Assembly (NCBI GenBank): GCA_029838215.1 | Contig: JALGVI010000003.1 | Span: 32,001 to 96,000, forward strand | Direction of reading: 5' to 3' | Length of the DNA: 64,000 nucleotides | Source: Candidatus Helarchaeota archaeon | GTDB lineage: Archaea; Asgardarchaeota; Lokiarchaeia; Helarchaeales; RDOG01 | Shown here: in pieces, positions 1 to 9,055 of the stretch | How positions within the stretch are numbered: position 1 is the first letter of the stretch | Layout: every line of letters begins with the position of its first letter | The notes under the pieces: model-generated | The model's input: the letters and a program-made list of their open reading frames with translations, nothing else | The model's database searches: none | What the model was told of the DNA's origin: nothing | Position numbers and translations under genes: made by a program

Positions 1-316
1 CCTGAGCTTTGAAAACAAGTAATTGTCCGCTGGCCCCACTAGCAGCATATAGAACGATCATGTATTTATCCGAAACCTTGAATAAAACGAGATTCTGTCT
101 ACTGATGGGAATGGAGTGCCCTCCAACCTCTAAAAGCCCGAAGTTTTCTTTTGCAAACGTTGAAATAAAATCAGCAAAGGGCAAAATCGGAGGGTCCATA
201 TATGATATTTTTCCCTCACTATCTACTACCCCTACATTTACTTTTATCGAAACTAAATTCAATATATAAGACTTTATTCCTTGGATTATATCATTTAACG
301 AAGAAGCCGATTCCAT
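1..316 (-). CDS. Partial CDS running off the window start; hypothetical protein with a possible Roadblock/longin/profilin-like N-terminal fold
   Basis: Manual translation from ATG at 316 is open to base 1: MESASSLNDIIQGIKSYILNLVSIKVNVGVVDSEGKISYMDPPILPFADFISTFAKENFGLLEVGGHSIPISRQNLVLFKVSDKYMIVLYAASGASGQLLVFKAQ. It is absent from the ORF track because its stop lies outside the window. The fold guess rests on the helix-beta-beta-helix-beta pattern only. Confidence 0.6.
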   Translation of the reverse strand, partial: MESASSLNDIIQGIKSYILNLVSIKVNVGVVDSEGKISYMDPPILPFADFISTFAKENFGLLEVGGHSIPISRQNLVLFKVSDKYMIVLYAASGASGQLLVFKAQ

Positions 317-777
317 TTTTCTTTTCCTATTTATTTCACTTATATCTTAATGAAAAAATCCCGTTCCTTTTTATCAGATTCCCCTTAAAAAGGAATTATA
401 TCAATCTCTCAGTTTATTTAACCATAATACTTAATATATTTTTACCAAATTTCATGACAATTTTTCTTTTCCTTTAATTAAATGAACTAGCTATAAAGAC
501 CTATAAATATTTCGATACGAATTGATCCGCAATAACTTGACTCAGCTACCTTCTCGAGAACCACTAATACGGGATTTAATGATAAAATATTCTCTCAAAA
601 AGACGTAAGAGATTTATAATGCCCCAAGCATCACGCTTTACGATACATATTTTTTTTACTGCCATTCCGAGAAACAGAAGATTTGTCACATTTATAAATG
701 AAACAAAACTAAATAATAAGAGAATATTAGAAGAAATTTAATATTTCTCATTTTCATGCTGAAAATGAAAGGAGGTT

Positions 778-1605
778 TTGCAAGTGTGGTGGATTCCATT
801 ATTTTTAATGTTCTTTCAAGGCATCGCGATCATTGTTGTAATCATCTTGATTCAGGCAATCATCGTGTTCATGATAAAAAGAATTTTTAGAAAAAACAAA
901 AAGCTTCCCAAGGATGCCATTAATGGAATCGTCCTATTTATCAGATTCATATCTGTAATCATCGTTCTTTTCGTGGCACTTCTCGATCCTGATTCTGTCC
1001 TCACTTTTTCTACGATATTCTCAACGGCTATCGGCTTTGCGTCCGCCATAGCGGTTGGTAACTTGATAGCAGGCATCTATATTATGACATCAAGACCATA
1101 TCGTATTGGAGACTACGTGCAAATTGGCGAGATCGAGGGATTCGTTGTTGAAATAGGGCTGAATTTTACCCGAATCAAAAATGCCACCACGCAATTAGTT
1201 TACAAGGTCCCAAATAAACTGGCTATGAACGAAAACCTAATGATTTATAAGACTAAAAAATCGGAACGAGCTCAAGTTGCTAACAATAAAGATAAGAAAA
1301 AGGGCATAGTAGAAATCTTGACAGAGACATTACAAGATGAAGAACTCGATAGATACGCTTTAATGGTCGAAGGTGATATGATTATTGATGCAAGAACGTT
1401 CAAACAAGAATTGGAACGGATTTGCGAGAAATGGGCTACAAAATTTGGTAGAAAGCCAGAGATATTGTTCGATTATATCAGCTTTAGAGTTAAAACCAGG
1501 ATCGTCATTACCGCAAAAGACATGCATGAAATTCAAGAGCCCATGAGCGAATTCCTCGATGACATTTGGTTTTCACTTTATGGTGAAAAAAGGGAGGGTG
1601 ATTAA
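778..1605 (+). CDS. MscS-family small-conductance mechanosensitive channel
   Basis: Three hydrophobic segments, then GNLIAGIYIMTSRPYRIGDYVQIGEIEGFVVEIGLNFTRIK (MscS beta domain). GGAGG at 771-775 suggests the real start may be GTG at 784. Confidence 0.85.
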   Translation: MQVWWIPLFLMFFQGIAIIVVIILIQAIIVFMIKRIFRKNKKLPKDAINGIVLFIRFISVIIVLFVALLDPDSVLTFSTIFSTAIGFASAIAVGNLIAGIYIMTSRPYRIGDYVQIGEIEGFVVEIGLNFTRIKNATTQLVYKVPNKLAMNENLMIYKTKKSERAQVANNKDKKKGIVEILTETLQDEELDRYALMVEGDMIIDARTFKQELERICEKWATKFGRKPEILFDYISFRVKTRIVITAKDMHEIQEPMSEFLDDIWFSLYGEKREGD

Positions 1606-2433
1606 ATGCATCAGTTGAATCCATTCTTCTTTTTACCATTTATTTTCAATTGGACCATATTTTGCTTGTTTATGATCATCCTATGGACTGGATACTTGCT
1701 TTCTGTTTTCATAATTCGGAAATATGTCTCAAAAATCGACATTTCGCCCGAAGTTCTTAATGGCATTAAAGTCGGTTTACGATTAACTTGCATCCTCGTG
1801 GTATTCTTCGCCTTTGTTTACATGTCTCCAGGACTATTCCCAGGTGGCATCCCGCAAGAAATCTCGACAATCATCGCAGCAATTACAGGAACCATCGTTG
1901 CTCTGTCGACCACGACGGTAATTCAAAACTTCATTGCAGGAATATATGTCATCCTTTCGAAACCATTCAAGCCGGGTGATCTTATTAGAATCGGTGATCA
2001 AGAAGGAATTGTTGAAGAAATCAGCCTGAACCATACTAAAATACAACGCTCCTCTGGAATTTATCATTACGTGTCAAACCGAGCCATCATAAACTCAAAA
2101 ATTATTAACTATTCCATTCCTGACGAAGAATTCATTGAAATGCAGCGAAATCAAGAACTCACGTTAAAAAAAATATTCACTCAAAAAACCATCACGCGAT
2201 ACGTGTTCAAGCTGGAATTGCCAAAGGAAAATCCGGCAAGAGTCAAAAAAGCCCTGAAAAAAGCTTGCGAAAAATTCAAAGATGCATTCATGATGACACC
2301 AGAATTCGTCACGACAGCATTGACTCACAAGGCCATCATTAGTTTTATTTTAGTTGATGAAAATCCCGAAACCATTTTGCAAAACAAGCCAAAGTTCATC
2401 GAGGAAATTTACTTGCAATTATTCAGCAAATAA
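1606..2433 (+). CDS. MscS-family small-conductance mechanosensitive channel (second paralogue)
   Basis: QNFIAGIYVILSKPFKPGDLIRIGDQEGIVEEISLNHTKI. Abuts the upstream gene (TAA-ATG) with a GGAGG/GGTGA SD-like motif. Confidence 0.85.
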   Translation: MHQLNPFFFLPFIFNWTIFCLFMIILWTGYLLSVFIIRKYVSKIDISPEVLNGIKVGLRLTCILVVFFAFVYMSPGLFPGGIPQEISTIIAAITGTIVALSTTTVIQNFIAGIYVILSKPFKPGDLIRIGDQEGIVEEISLNHTKIQRSSGIYHYVSNRAIINSKIINYSIPDEEFIEMQRNQELTLKKIFTQKTITRYVFKLELPKENPARVKKALKKACEKFKDAFMMTPEFVTTALTHKAIISFILVDENPETILQNKPKFIEEIYLQLFSK

Positions 2434-2527
2434 AATAACCTACTGGTATTTGAGCTAGAGATCTTATCCGAATAGACCAAATTCTAAAATTAGATAATGA
2501 CTAAGTTAATCTGATTGGAAAGAAAAC

Positions 2528-2553
2528 TTTTTAGTAAAAACTTTTACTAAAAA
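2528..2553. promoter_or_regulatory. Perfect 12-bp inverted repeat upstream of tRNA-Val
   Basis: TTTTTAGTAAAA-AC-TTTTACTAAAAA, ending 12 nt before the tRNA 5' end. Function is inferred. Confidence 0.4.
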
Positions 2554-2565
2554 ACAAGAATCTAA

Positions 2566-2642
2566 AGGCTCGTGATTTAGTTGGTTATAATGCCGCCCTC
2601 ACGCGGCGGAAGTCCCGGGTTCAAGTCCCGGCGAGCCTACCA
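2566..2642 (+). tRNA. tRNA-Val(CAC), intronless, CCA genome-encoded
   Basis: Acceptor stem AGGCTCG/CGAGCCT, anticodon arm CCGCC-CTCACGC-GGCGG, T arm CCGGG-TTCAAGT-CCCGG, discriminator A followed by CCA. Confidence 0.95.
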
Positions 2643-2655
2643 CTTCCTTTTTGTT

Positions 2656-3600
2656 TTAACTCTTTCTTTCAAATATTTCCTGAATGAATTCGGCAATTCG
2701 AGTTATCGCCTTTCGTCCTTCTGGAATAAGTGCCGCAAAAAGTTGCCACGCATGGATCATTTCGTCCCAAACTTCGAGCGTCACGTCCATTCCTGCAGCT
2801 CTTGCACGTTCTGCCATTCGAGTTGAATCATCCAGAATGACTTCAGAAGTTCCAACTTGTATCAATATGGGCGGTAAATCGCGAAAATCTCCATATAATG
2901 GTGAAATATACGGATTTCGACTATCCTGTCCCTTTCCATACAATTTTGAATAGAAATGCAGGACTTCAGGAGTGATGAACGGATCAATATCTGCTTTTGT
3001 TCGTACTGATTCTCCTGTAACTGCTAAATCCGTCCACGGTGAAAGACAGATGCCCGCTGCAGGTATTGGTTCTCCAATATCGCGTAATTTCATGAGTGTT
3101 GCCAGTGTCAAGCCGCCTCCCGCAGATTCCCCAGCAATGACCACGTTTTTTGGTTCAATACCTCCTTCCGAAACTAGCCATTTATACGATTTCACGGCAT
3201 CATCTAATGCGGCAGGGAAGGGATTTTCTGGTGCGAGCCTATAATCAATTAAAAATGCTCGAGTTCGTGCTTCACGAGATAGGCGCGCGACGAACTCCCG
3301 ATGTGTTTTGATAGAGCCACAAATATATCCTCCTCCATGTAAGTACAAAATTACTCTATGTGTTTCTACTCCCGGAGCCGTAATCCACTCAACAGGTAAT
3401 CCATTCACGTCAAAAGATTCGCATTTCACGTCTTTCGGGAGTTGGAGCATTGCCGTTAGTTTTTCAAGGTATTCTCGAGTTTGTTCTACTGACGGAATTT
3501 CGCCTCGAACTTGGTTCTTGCGTAGCATGCGGATTATCATTTTTAATTCCTTGCTAATCAAAAATCTCGCATCCTTCAGGTTTAATTTCCATTTATTCAT
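2656..3600 (-). CDS. HSL-family alpha/beta hydrolase (esterase/lipase)
   Basis: HGGGY oxyanion motif, GESAGG nucleophile elbow and a C-terminal MIHAW His motif. Confidence 0.9.
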   Translation of the reverse strand: MNKWKLNLKDARFLISKELKMIIRMLRKNQVRGEIPSVEQTREYLEKLTAMLQLPKDVKCESFDVNGLPVEWITAPGVETHRVILYLHGGGYICGSIKTHREFVARLSREARTRAFLIDYRLAPENPFPAALDDAVKSYKWLVSEGGIEPKNVVIAGESAGGGLTLATLMKLRDIGEPIPAAGICLSPWTDLAVTGESVRTKADIDPFITPEVLHFYSKLYGKGQDSRNPYISPLYGDFRDLPPILIQVGTSEVILDDSTRMAERARAAGMDVTLEVWDEMIHAWQLFAALIPEGRKAITRIAEFIQEIFERKS

Positions 3601-3821
3601 AAATTTCTCATGATTAAATTTATATTGATCGATCTTTCATGTAAAATCTTTTTGACGGGTGATCTCGTTCTCTTTGTAATTAGAATGACATGTAATGGAA
3701 GATTTTTTAAGGATTTCATGATTTTCGTCTCATTTGACGAATTGAAAAATTTATAAGTAAAATCTAAATGAGAATTCAAGTAAAATCTGATTATAAATTA
3801 AAAGACCCGAGAGTCATTATC

Positions 3822-4022
3822 ATGCCAAAAGAAATCACGGATGTTGAGAAATTTATTACACTTTCCAATGAAGCTAGTGAGTGCCGCGTGAAGCGTGTTA
3901 AAAATAAAGACGTTGTTAAATTGAAATTACGGACCAAGCGTTATCTTTATGTATTCAAAACCACGCCGGAAAAAGCAAAGGATATTACCGGCAAATTAAA
4001 TTGCGAGATCTTCGATGTCTAA
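3822..4022 (+). CDS. rpl38e: 50S ribosomal protein eL38
   Basis: MPKEITDVEKFI...RVKR...VKLKLRTKRYLYVFK matches the eL38 pattern. Start moved from 3768 to the ATG at 3822. Confidence 0.9.
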   Translation: MPKEITDVEKFITLSNEASECRVKRVKNKDVVKLKLRTKRYLYVFKTTPEKAKDITGKLNCEIFDV

Positions 4023-5047
4023 ATCAGGATGCTTGCAAAGAAGATTAAAACGCAAGATAGTCCGAATAAACCAACTCCAAATGCCACGCTGAGTGGCAAT
4101 CCCGGCATGATTTTTCCGCTTTTTACCAGTATTCTAAATGTTATTTCTGCACCAATTATGACACCAATGAGGACGAGAAAAAAAGGAATGAGTGGGACGA
4201 TTATATTAAGCGGGAAGGGAAAGGCTCTTAGAAAATAGAAAAATGTCGTTCCAAATGGCTCGGTCCCAACGCTAATATTCAAGACATGCGAAGTAAGGAG
4301 CGTATAAAACACTAAATCTCCGATTCCAATTTGGTATTCTATTTCCATGTCATCAGGATCAGAAAAATGGACGTCTATTTCCTTTTTTTCTTCATCTTTT
4401 TCCCAATATTCAATCATTTCTTTGATGGGACCTTTTTTAACGGCATATATGTCCCAAAGGGAAAAAAACGCTAACATGATCAAAGCCGTCCACGTGGGTA
4501 GGAAAACACCGAGAAACGCGCCCAATCCGCCACCCAAGTAAAGGAGACAAATATTTTTCTGAAGTTGGGATGAATCTTCGGAAAATAGATATTTAGCGAC
4601 AAAATAACCTATTGTAGTGGATGCCCCTATGATAATTATAGTAATTACAAGATCGCCGATAAGGTATACGAATGGATGTAGTGGAAGAATGAATGGAATG
4701 CCGCTATATAACATGTAAAGGAAGAAAAATGTCATCACGGCAGTCGTAAATCCAAACATTATCATGAAAATTCTTCTCAGGAGTTTCTCCCGATCTGATT
4801 TTAGTAAGAACAGAATAAAGAGACCACCCGCGATCCCGATACCTAAGAGTAATAATGCACTAAGAAGCCCATATAAAGGAGCAAGGGGTCCCCCCCATGA
4901 TTCTGGAAAAATTGCAACTGAAGTTAACTCATTATTAGAAAAAACCATGATGAGAGTTAATATTGCTCCTATTCCAATACACGCTAAAATAGGGCGCAAT
5001 TTTTTATTATCCACGTGAAATGCGAGTTCTTCTGTAAATTGAACCAC
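4019..5047 (-). CDS. Presenilin-like GxGD intramembrane aspartyl protease (A22 family)
   Basis: Multi-pass membrane protein with LPTWTALIMLAFFSLWDIYAVKKGP (first Asp), IGIGDLVFYTLL (second Asp) and MPGLP (PAL-like motif). Confidence 0.88.
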   Translation of the reverse strand: MVQFTEELAFHVDNKKLRPILACIGIGAILTLIMVFSNNELTSVAIFPESWGGPLAPLYGLLSALLLLGIGIAGGLFILFLLKSDREKLLRRIFMIMFGFTTAVMTFFFLYMLYSGIPFILPLHPFVYLIGDLVITIIIIGASTTIGYFVAKYLFSEDSSQLQKNICLLYLGGGLGAFLGVFLPTWTALIMLAFFSLWDIYAVKKGPIKEMIEYWEKDEEKKEIDVHFSDPDDMEIEYQIGIGDLVFYTLLTSHVLNISVGTEPFGTTFFYFLRAFPFPLNIIVPLIPFFLVLIGVIIGAEITFRILVKSGKIMPGLPLSVAFGVGLFGLSCVLIFFASILI

Positions 5048-5156
5048 CTACGTGCAGGTCTTTCATCCTTCAACATGTCAATGAATTTAATAAACATGAA
5101 TCGTTGGTCAATCAATAAGAACCCACATTCTTAAGTCTTCAGGAGATATCATTTAC

Positions 5157-5714
5157 ATGAAAAAGAATTTATTGCTCGTGAAGTTTGGATGGCTACCCGA
5201 TGAATTGATGGAATTCCTGCGAACAAAATTACTGGAACATTTTGCCGGGCTTATTACTGACGTTTCGAGTCATAAAAAGACTTTAAGACTTCCGAGTCAT
5301 GCTCATGATTTCGAACGAGATCAATACCTTGCAAATGACTTGATTGAAGAACTAATAATTATTGCAAAAAAAAGGAAATCATTCAGGACTCTCGGGATCA
5401 CGCGGGCAGATCTTTATACTGAAGATTATAATTTCATATTTGGCATGGCTGAATCCCATGACATTCCTGGTCCGAAAGTTGCGGTGATCTCCACGTGTCG
5501 TCTTTCAAATGAGTTCTGGAATGAGCCATATAACAAAGATCTTTTTCATGAACGAACCATAAAAGAAGCCATTCATGAACTGGGGCATACATTCGGACTC
5601 AAACATTGCTCCGATAACTGCATAATGAGGTTTTCCAATTCCATCCTTGATACGGATGCAAAGCCAAAGACATTCTGTGCAATTTGTCAAAAAAAGCTTT
5701 ACCACGTTAAGTAA
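5157..5714 (+). CDS. amzA: Archaemetzincin Zn-dependent metalloprotease
   Basis: ADLY...NFIFG.A, HELGHTFGLKHC zinc motif, CIMRFSNS and a terminal FCAIC Cys cluster. Confidence 0.92.
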   Translation: MKKNLLLVKFGWLPDELMEFLRTKLLEHFAGLITDVSSHKKTLRLPSHAHDFERDQYLANDLIEELIIIAKKRKSFRTLGITRADLYTEDYNFIFGMAESHDIPGPKVAVISTCRLSNEFWNEPYNKDLFHERTIKEAIHELGHTFGLKHCSDNCIMRFSNSILDTDAKPKTFCAICQKKLYHVK

Positions 5715-7008
5715 ATGCGTCCCCAACTTTTGGTGAAAATGCCTGAATCTTGTATTCTTCTTCTATGAATGCAGCAAATTCGTTGCATGAATTTTCTTCT
5801 CCGTGCATGCAAAATATCTTCGCATCATCGGTAAAATCAAGAGAGTTGATGAATTCCATCAATAGAGGACGATCGCTGTGAGAACTAAAGTTGAACTGCC
5901 TTATTCGCCCTTCCACTTTCAAGTTTTTCTCTAGACTTCTTGAATTAAAATGTCCTGTATCGAGCAATATTCGTCCCGGCGAATCTTCGATCTGATAAGA
6001 AACTACAAAAATGCCTGCGTTTTCATCGTCATACAGGTGTTCCAAGTAAAGAACAACAATTCCTCCTTTGAGCATTCCGCTAGGAGCAATGATGACCCCA
6101 GGTCGGTTTAATGCTTGCATGCGCTCTTCTCGTTTCCTTCGATTGAATGAAATTAGCTTTGATTTTTGTAACGAAGACAAAAATAAATCGTAATCTCGAA
6201 CTGATTCGGGGTGATCTCTGATGATCCTCGACGATTTACGGGCCATGCCATCGATCGTGATGTTGCTATTAATGCCATACTTATTCAAAACAAGCAAGAT
6301 TTCTTGTGACCGTGCAACACCAAATGCAGGACACAAAACAATTCCATCATTTTCTAAAACGTTCTTGACTTCATTAATGAAGTCCTTTTCCGTTTCTTCT
6401 CGAGGTGGGTGTGTTTCAAGTGCGTAAGTACTTTCAATGAGTAGATAATCAATCGGCGGAAGATCGTGCGAATTATTGATGAAATTTTCCATTACTAATT
6501 GAGTTTTCGTTTGGTTCATGTCACCCGTATACAAGATCCGTTTTCCATCAATTTCAAGGAGAATGCAGGCACTTCCTGGAATGTGTCCCGCATCCAGCAA
6601 CGTCAGCTTCGTATTTTTATGGGAAATCTCGTGGTCATAGTTGAGCATCCGGGTATTCTTGAGAAACCGCCTCATCTCCTCACGCTCAAATGGCAGTAGA
6701 TCCTTAGAGATACGCAATGTATCATCAATGAGCAAGGCAGTGAGATCTTTTGTAACGGGAGTCATTATGGTTTCAGGTGTTGCTCTCCCACCGTATAACA
6801 GGGGTAGACCACAACTATGATCAGCGTGACAGTGTGAAAGTACCACATACTTTAGGTCTTTTGCAGACGGTGTTTTCGGAAACTTCGGGTGTTTTTTTTC
6901 CATGTAAATTCCGAAGTCGCATAAGACGGATTTTCCATCAGAGCTCTGAATCTCAACTGCAGAGCCACCAATTTGCCGGCACCCACCGAGAAACTTTATT
7001 TCAACCAA
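5707..7008 (-). CDS. MBL-fold beta-CASP ribonuclease
   Basis: FLGGCRQIGGS, SHCHADH, AGHIPGS, YTGD, IESTY and FSSHSD motifs. Confidence 0.88.
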   Translation of the reverse strand: MVEIKFLGGCRQIGGSAVEIQSSDGKSVLCDFGIYMEKKHPKFPKTPSAKDLKYVVLSHCHADHSCGLPLLYGGRATPETIMTPVTKDLTALLIDDTLRISKDLLPFEREEMRRFLKNTRMLNYDHEISHKNTKLTLLDAGHIPGSACILLEIDGKRILYTGDMNQTKTQLVMENFINNSHDLPPIDYLLIESTYALETHPPREETEKDFINEVKNVLENDGIVLCPAFGVARSQEILLVLNKYGINSNITIDGMARKSSRIIRDHPESVRDYDLFLSSLQKSKLISFNRRKREERMQALNRPGVIIAPSGMLKGGIVVLYLEHLYDDENAGIFVVSYQIEDSPGRILLDTGHFNSRSLEKNLKVEGRIRQFNFSSHSDRPLLMEFINSLDFTDDAKIFCMHGEENSCNEFAAFIEEEYKIQAFSPKVGDAFT

Positions 7009-7132
7009 GAATCATCATCAACATAACTTAAAATCAATTATCAGTGAAAAAAAGAAAGGAAGTTTTTTTAATTTATTCCCATGTTTCTTTTCAAGCATTG
7101 TAAAGTAAAAAAAAATGGCGAAACCGTGTTTT

Positions 7133-7921
7133 TTAACCATAGAAATTGAGATTTACTTTCGATGGCGCTTTCTTTATACCCAGTTCTTCTTGGATCGTTT
7201 CCTTTTCATCGTTGAGTTTAGTTTCCATCACGAGTATGTTATCTTCTGAAAATTCCGTTTCAATGGGCAGGTTGAAATGCTCTCCCATCATCGTGATTAA
7301 AGCCATGGATGCCTTCAAATCATAAGTTTCTTGTTGCATCGCCTGATATCCGTCTGTTTCTGCAAGAAAGACCAAACCATCAATATCGTGGTTGCGTTTT
7401 GCCAGCGTGGGAATCAGTCCGTTTGCACCAATAACAACACCCTTACCGATTTTTTTCACGTTTCCGCGAGCATATTTTTCAAGAAGTTCTTTATCGGTCG
7501 CCGTGGCTTGAATCTTGGCTCCATTTCTTAATTGTTTGCCATCTACAGGAAATCCTCCCAAGGCCATTATCAATTTAACGTTAAATTCAGCCATGACGCT
7601 TGCAATGAATGTAGAAAGATGATAAATACCCTTGGGAGACATGGGTTGGGCATCTGCCGTAACCAATAAGACGTCTTGCTTTTCTTCAGGATCTTTCCAA
7701 TAATAAACCTCTGCCTTTGGCGCATAAAGAAGAGAATCGCTTATGATTGCACCTGCGGGATAATCATCAAAAATTATATCCATTATCTTTTCAGCATTTA
7801 ACGTGTTAACAAGATGATCGAGACTCATTTTTCCAATGTCTGCCACTCCTGGCATTCCTAAAATACAAAGTGGATTTTTGGGTTCCACTTGCTTCAAATC
7901 TTTTCTATTTATTCCTAACAT
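7133..7921 (-). CDS. PAC2-family proteasome assembly chaperone-like protein
   Basis: GMPGVADIGK, TADAQP, ALGG, VVIGANGLIP and FLAET motifs. The open frame extends to 8026, but the ATG at 7921 has an SD-like GGAAGG. Confidence 0.8.
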   Translation of the reverse strand: MLGINRKDLKQVEPKNPLCILGMPGVADIGKMSLDHLVNTLNAEKIMDIIFDDYPAGAIISDSLLYAPKAEVYYWKDPEEKQDVLLVTADAQPMSPKGIYHLSTFIASVMAEFNVKLIMALGGFPVDGKQLRNGAKIQATATDKELLEKYARGNVKKIGKGVVIGANGLIPTLAKRNHDIDGLVFLAETDGYQAMQQETYDLKASMALITMMGEHFNLPIETEFSEDNILVMETKLNDEKETIQEELGIKKAPSKVNLNFYG

Positions 7922-8292
7922 GTCAAAACCTTCCATTTCCTTCAATTGCGTGAATGATTTTTTCGAAGAGGGACATACCCCCTCACCTTGATTTCCAGTG
8001 GAACAGGGTTCGGGTTTCTTCATCATGGGTCATCACGCAACTTTTTCTGCTTGAGATCAATAATGATAGAAACATATTAGAAGGTGAGTATGATCGTAGT
8101 AGATCCCTGGTAGATACCCTTGTATTCCCAAGATAATACAAAACGAGTCCGACCTAAAATCACCTAGATCTTGAAAAATTCTCTAATAAAGAAGAGAAGA
8201 GGGGGTCTGAAATTTTAGAAATCTTTAATGATTTGAAGAAGAGAATTTGCTTGAATCATTAATTTTTTATATGGCAAAATAAAAGATTAAAA

Positions 8293-8312
8293 TAATGCCA
8301 TCTATGGCATTA
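8293..8312. promoter_or_regulatory. Operator-like palindrome just downstream of a TATA-like box
   Basis: TAATGCCA-TCTA-TGGCATTA (perfect 8-bp arms), about 20 nt downstream of TTTTATAT near 8264-8272 and 37 nt upstream of the ATG at 8350. Confidence 0.5.
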
Positions 8313-8349
8313 GATCCTGTCATTAAAGAATAACTGGGATGTTACAAAA

Positions 8350-9012
8350 ATGAGTGGAGTATCTTCTGAAGTTTTAGACTATTGTAAATCGAAATCCATT
8401 ACCATTTTTGTTATTTTTCTAATAGGCTTCATACTAAACTACGTGTCAATTTATTTTTCCATTTTTTCAATGATATTTAATTTGATGGGTTTCGGTAGCA
8501 AGATGTCCATGCCAATCATCAGATATGTCTTGTTGCCGATGATGTCAACAATTTCACTGGTGGTTACAATTTGTGTTGGGGTTTTAAATTTAATCGCGGT
8601 CATCTTACAGTTAAATCTCCTAAAGAATGGATTATATGATTTAATGATGGATGATCACGAAAGTAATTATGGAAATGCCCGGAAATGGTTCAAGTTTGCA
8701 CCCGTGGTGATGTCGTTTTCATTAGCTATAATGATAATGATGAACGTGGTTTACGATACAGTTGGTTATAGTAGCAACATAATTATATCCATGATAGTTC
8801 TCGGGGTGTTAATTTCACTTTTAATCCTACTAATTCCGTTGATATTGTTTGCAATATTTATGATAATCGGTCTGGTATATTATGGCATCTATGTATTCCA
8901 ACTTGGAGACGATCATGGTGTGACGATTTTTAAGCCTGCAGGTATCTTGATGATTTTCTTTCCATTCATCGGTTTTCTATTGTTATACATTGGAATCAAG
9001 AGGCTTTATTGA
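8350..9012 (+). CDS. Hypothetical multi-pass membrane protein (C-terminus DUF996/DUF973-like)
   Basis: Five to six hydrophobic segments; ends IFKPAGILMIFFPFIGFLLLYIGIKRLY. Confidence 0.65.
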   Translation: MSGVSSEVLDYCKSKSITIFVIFLIGFILNYVSIYFSIFSMIFNLMGFGSKMSMPIIRYVLLPMMSTISLVVTICVGVLNLIAVILQLNLLKNGLYDLMMDDHESNYGNARKWFKFAPVVMSFSLAIMIMMNVVYDTVGYSSNIIISMIVLGVLISLLILLIPLILFAIFMIIGLVYYGIYVFQLGDDHGVTIFKPAGILMIFFPFIGFLLLYIGIKRLY

Positions 9013-9055
9013 TAAAAAACAAATCTTCTTTTTATATTGAAATGGATGTATCATC

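Noticed and set aside
9-477. Plus-strand ORFs 9..269 and 202..477
   Set aside because: They are shadows of the minus-strand ORF starting at 316 and of AT-rich intergenic DNA, with no family motifs.
2581-2826. 81-aa ORF overlapping tRNA-Val
   Set aside because: It reads through the tRNA and antisense to the esterase, so it is spurious.
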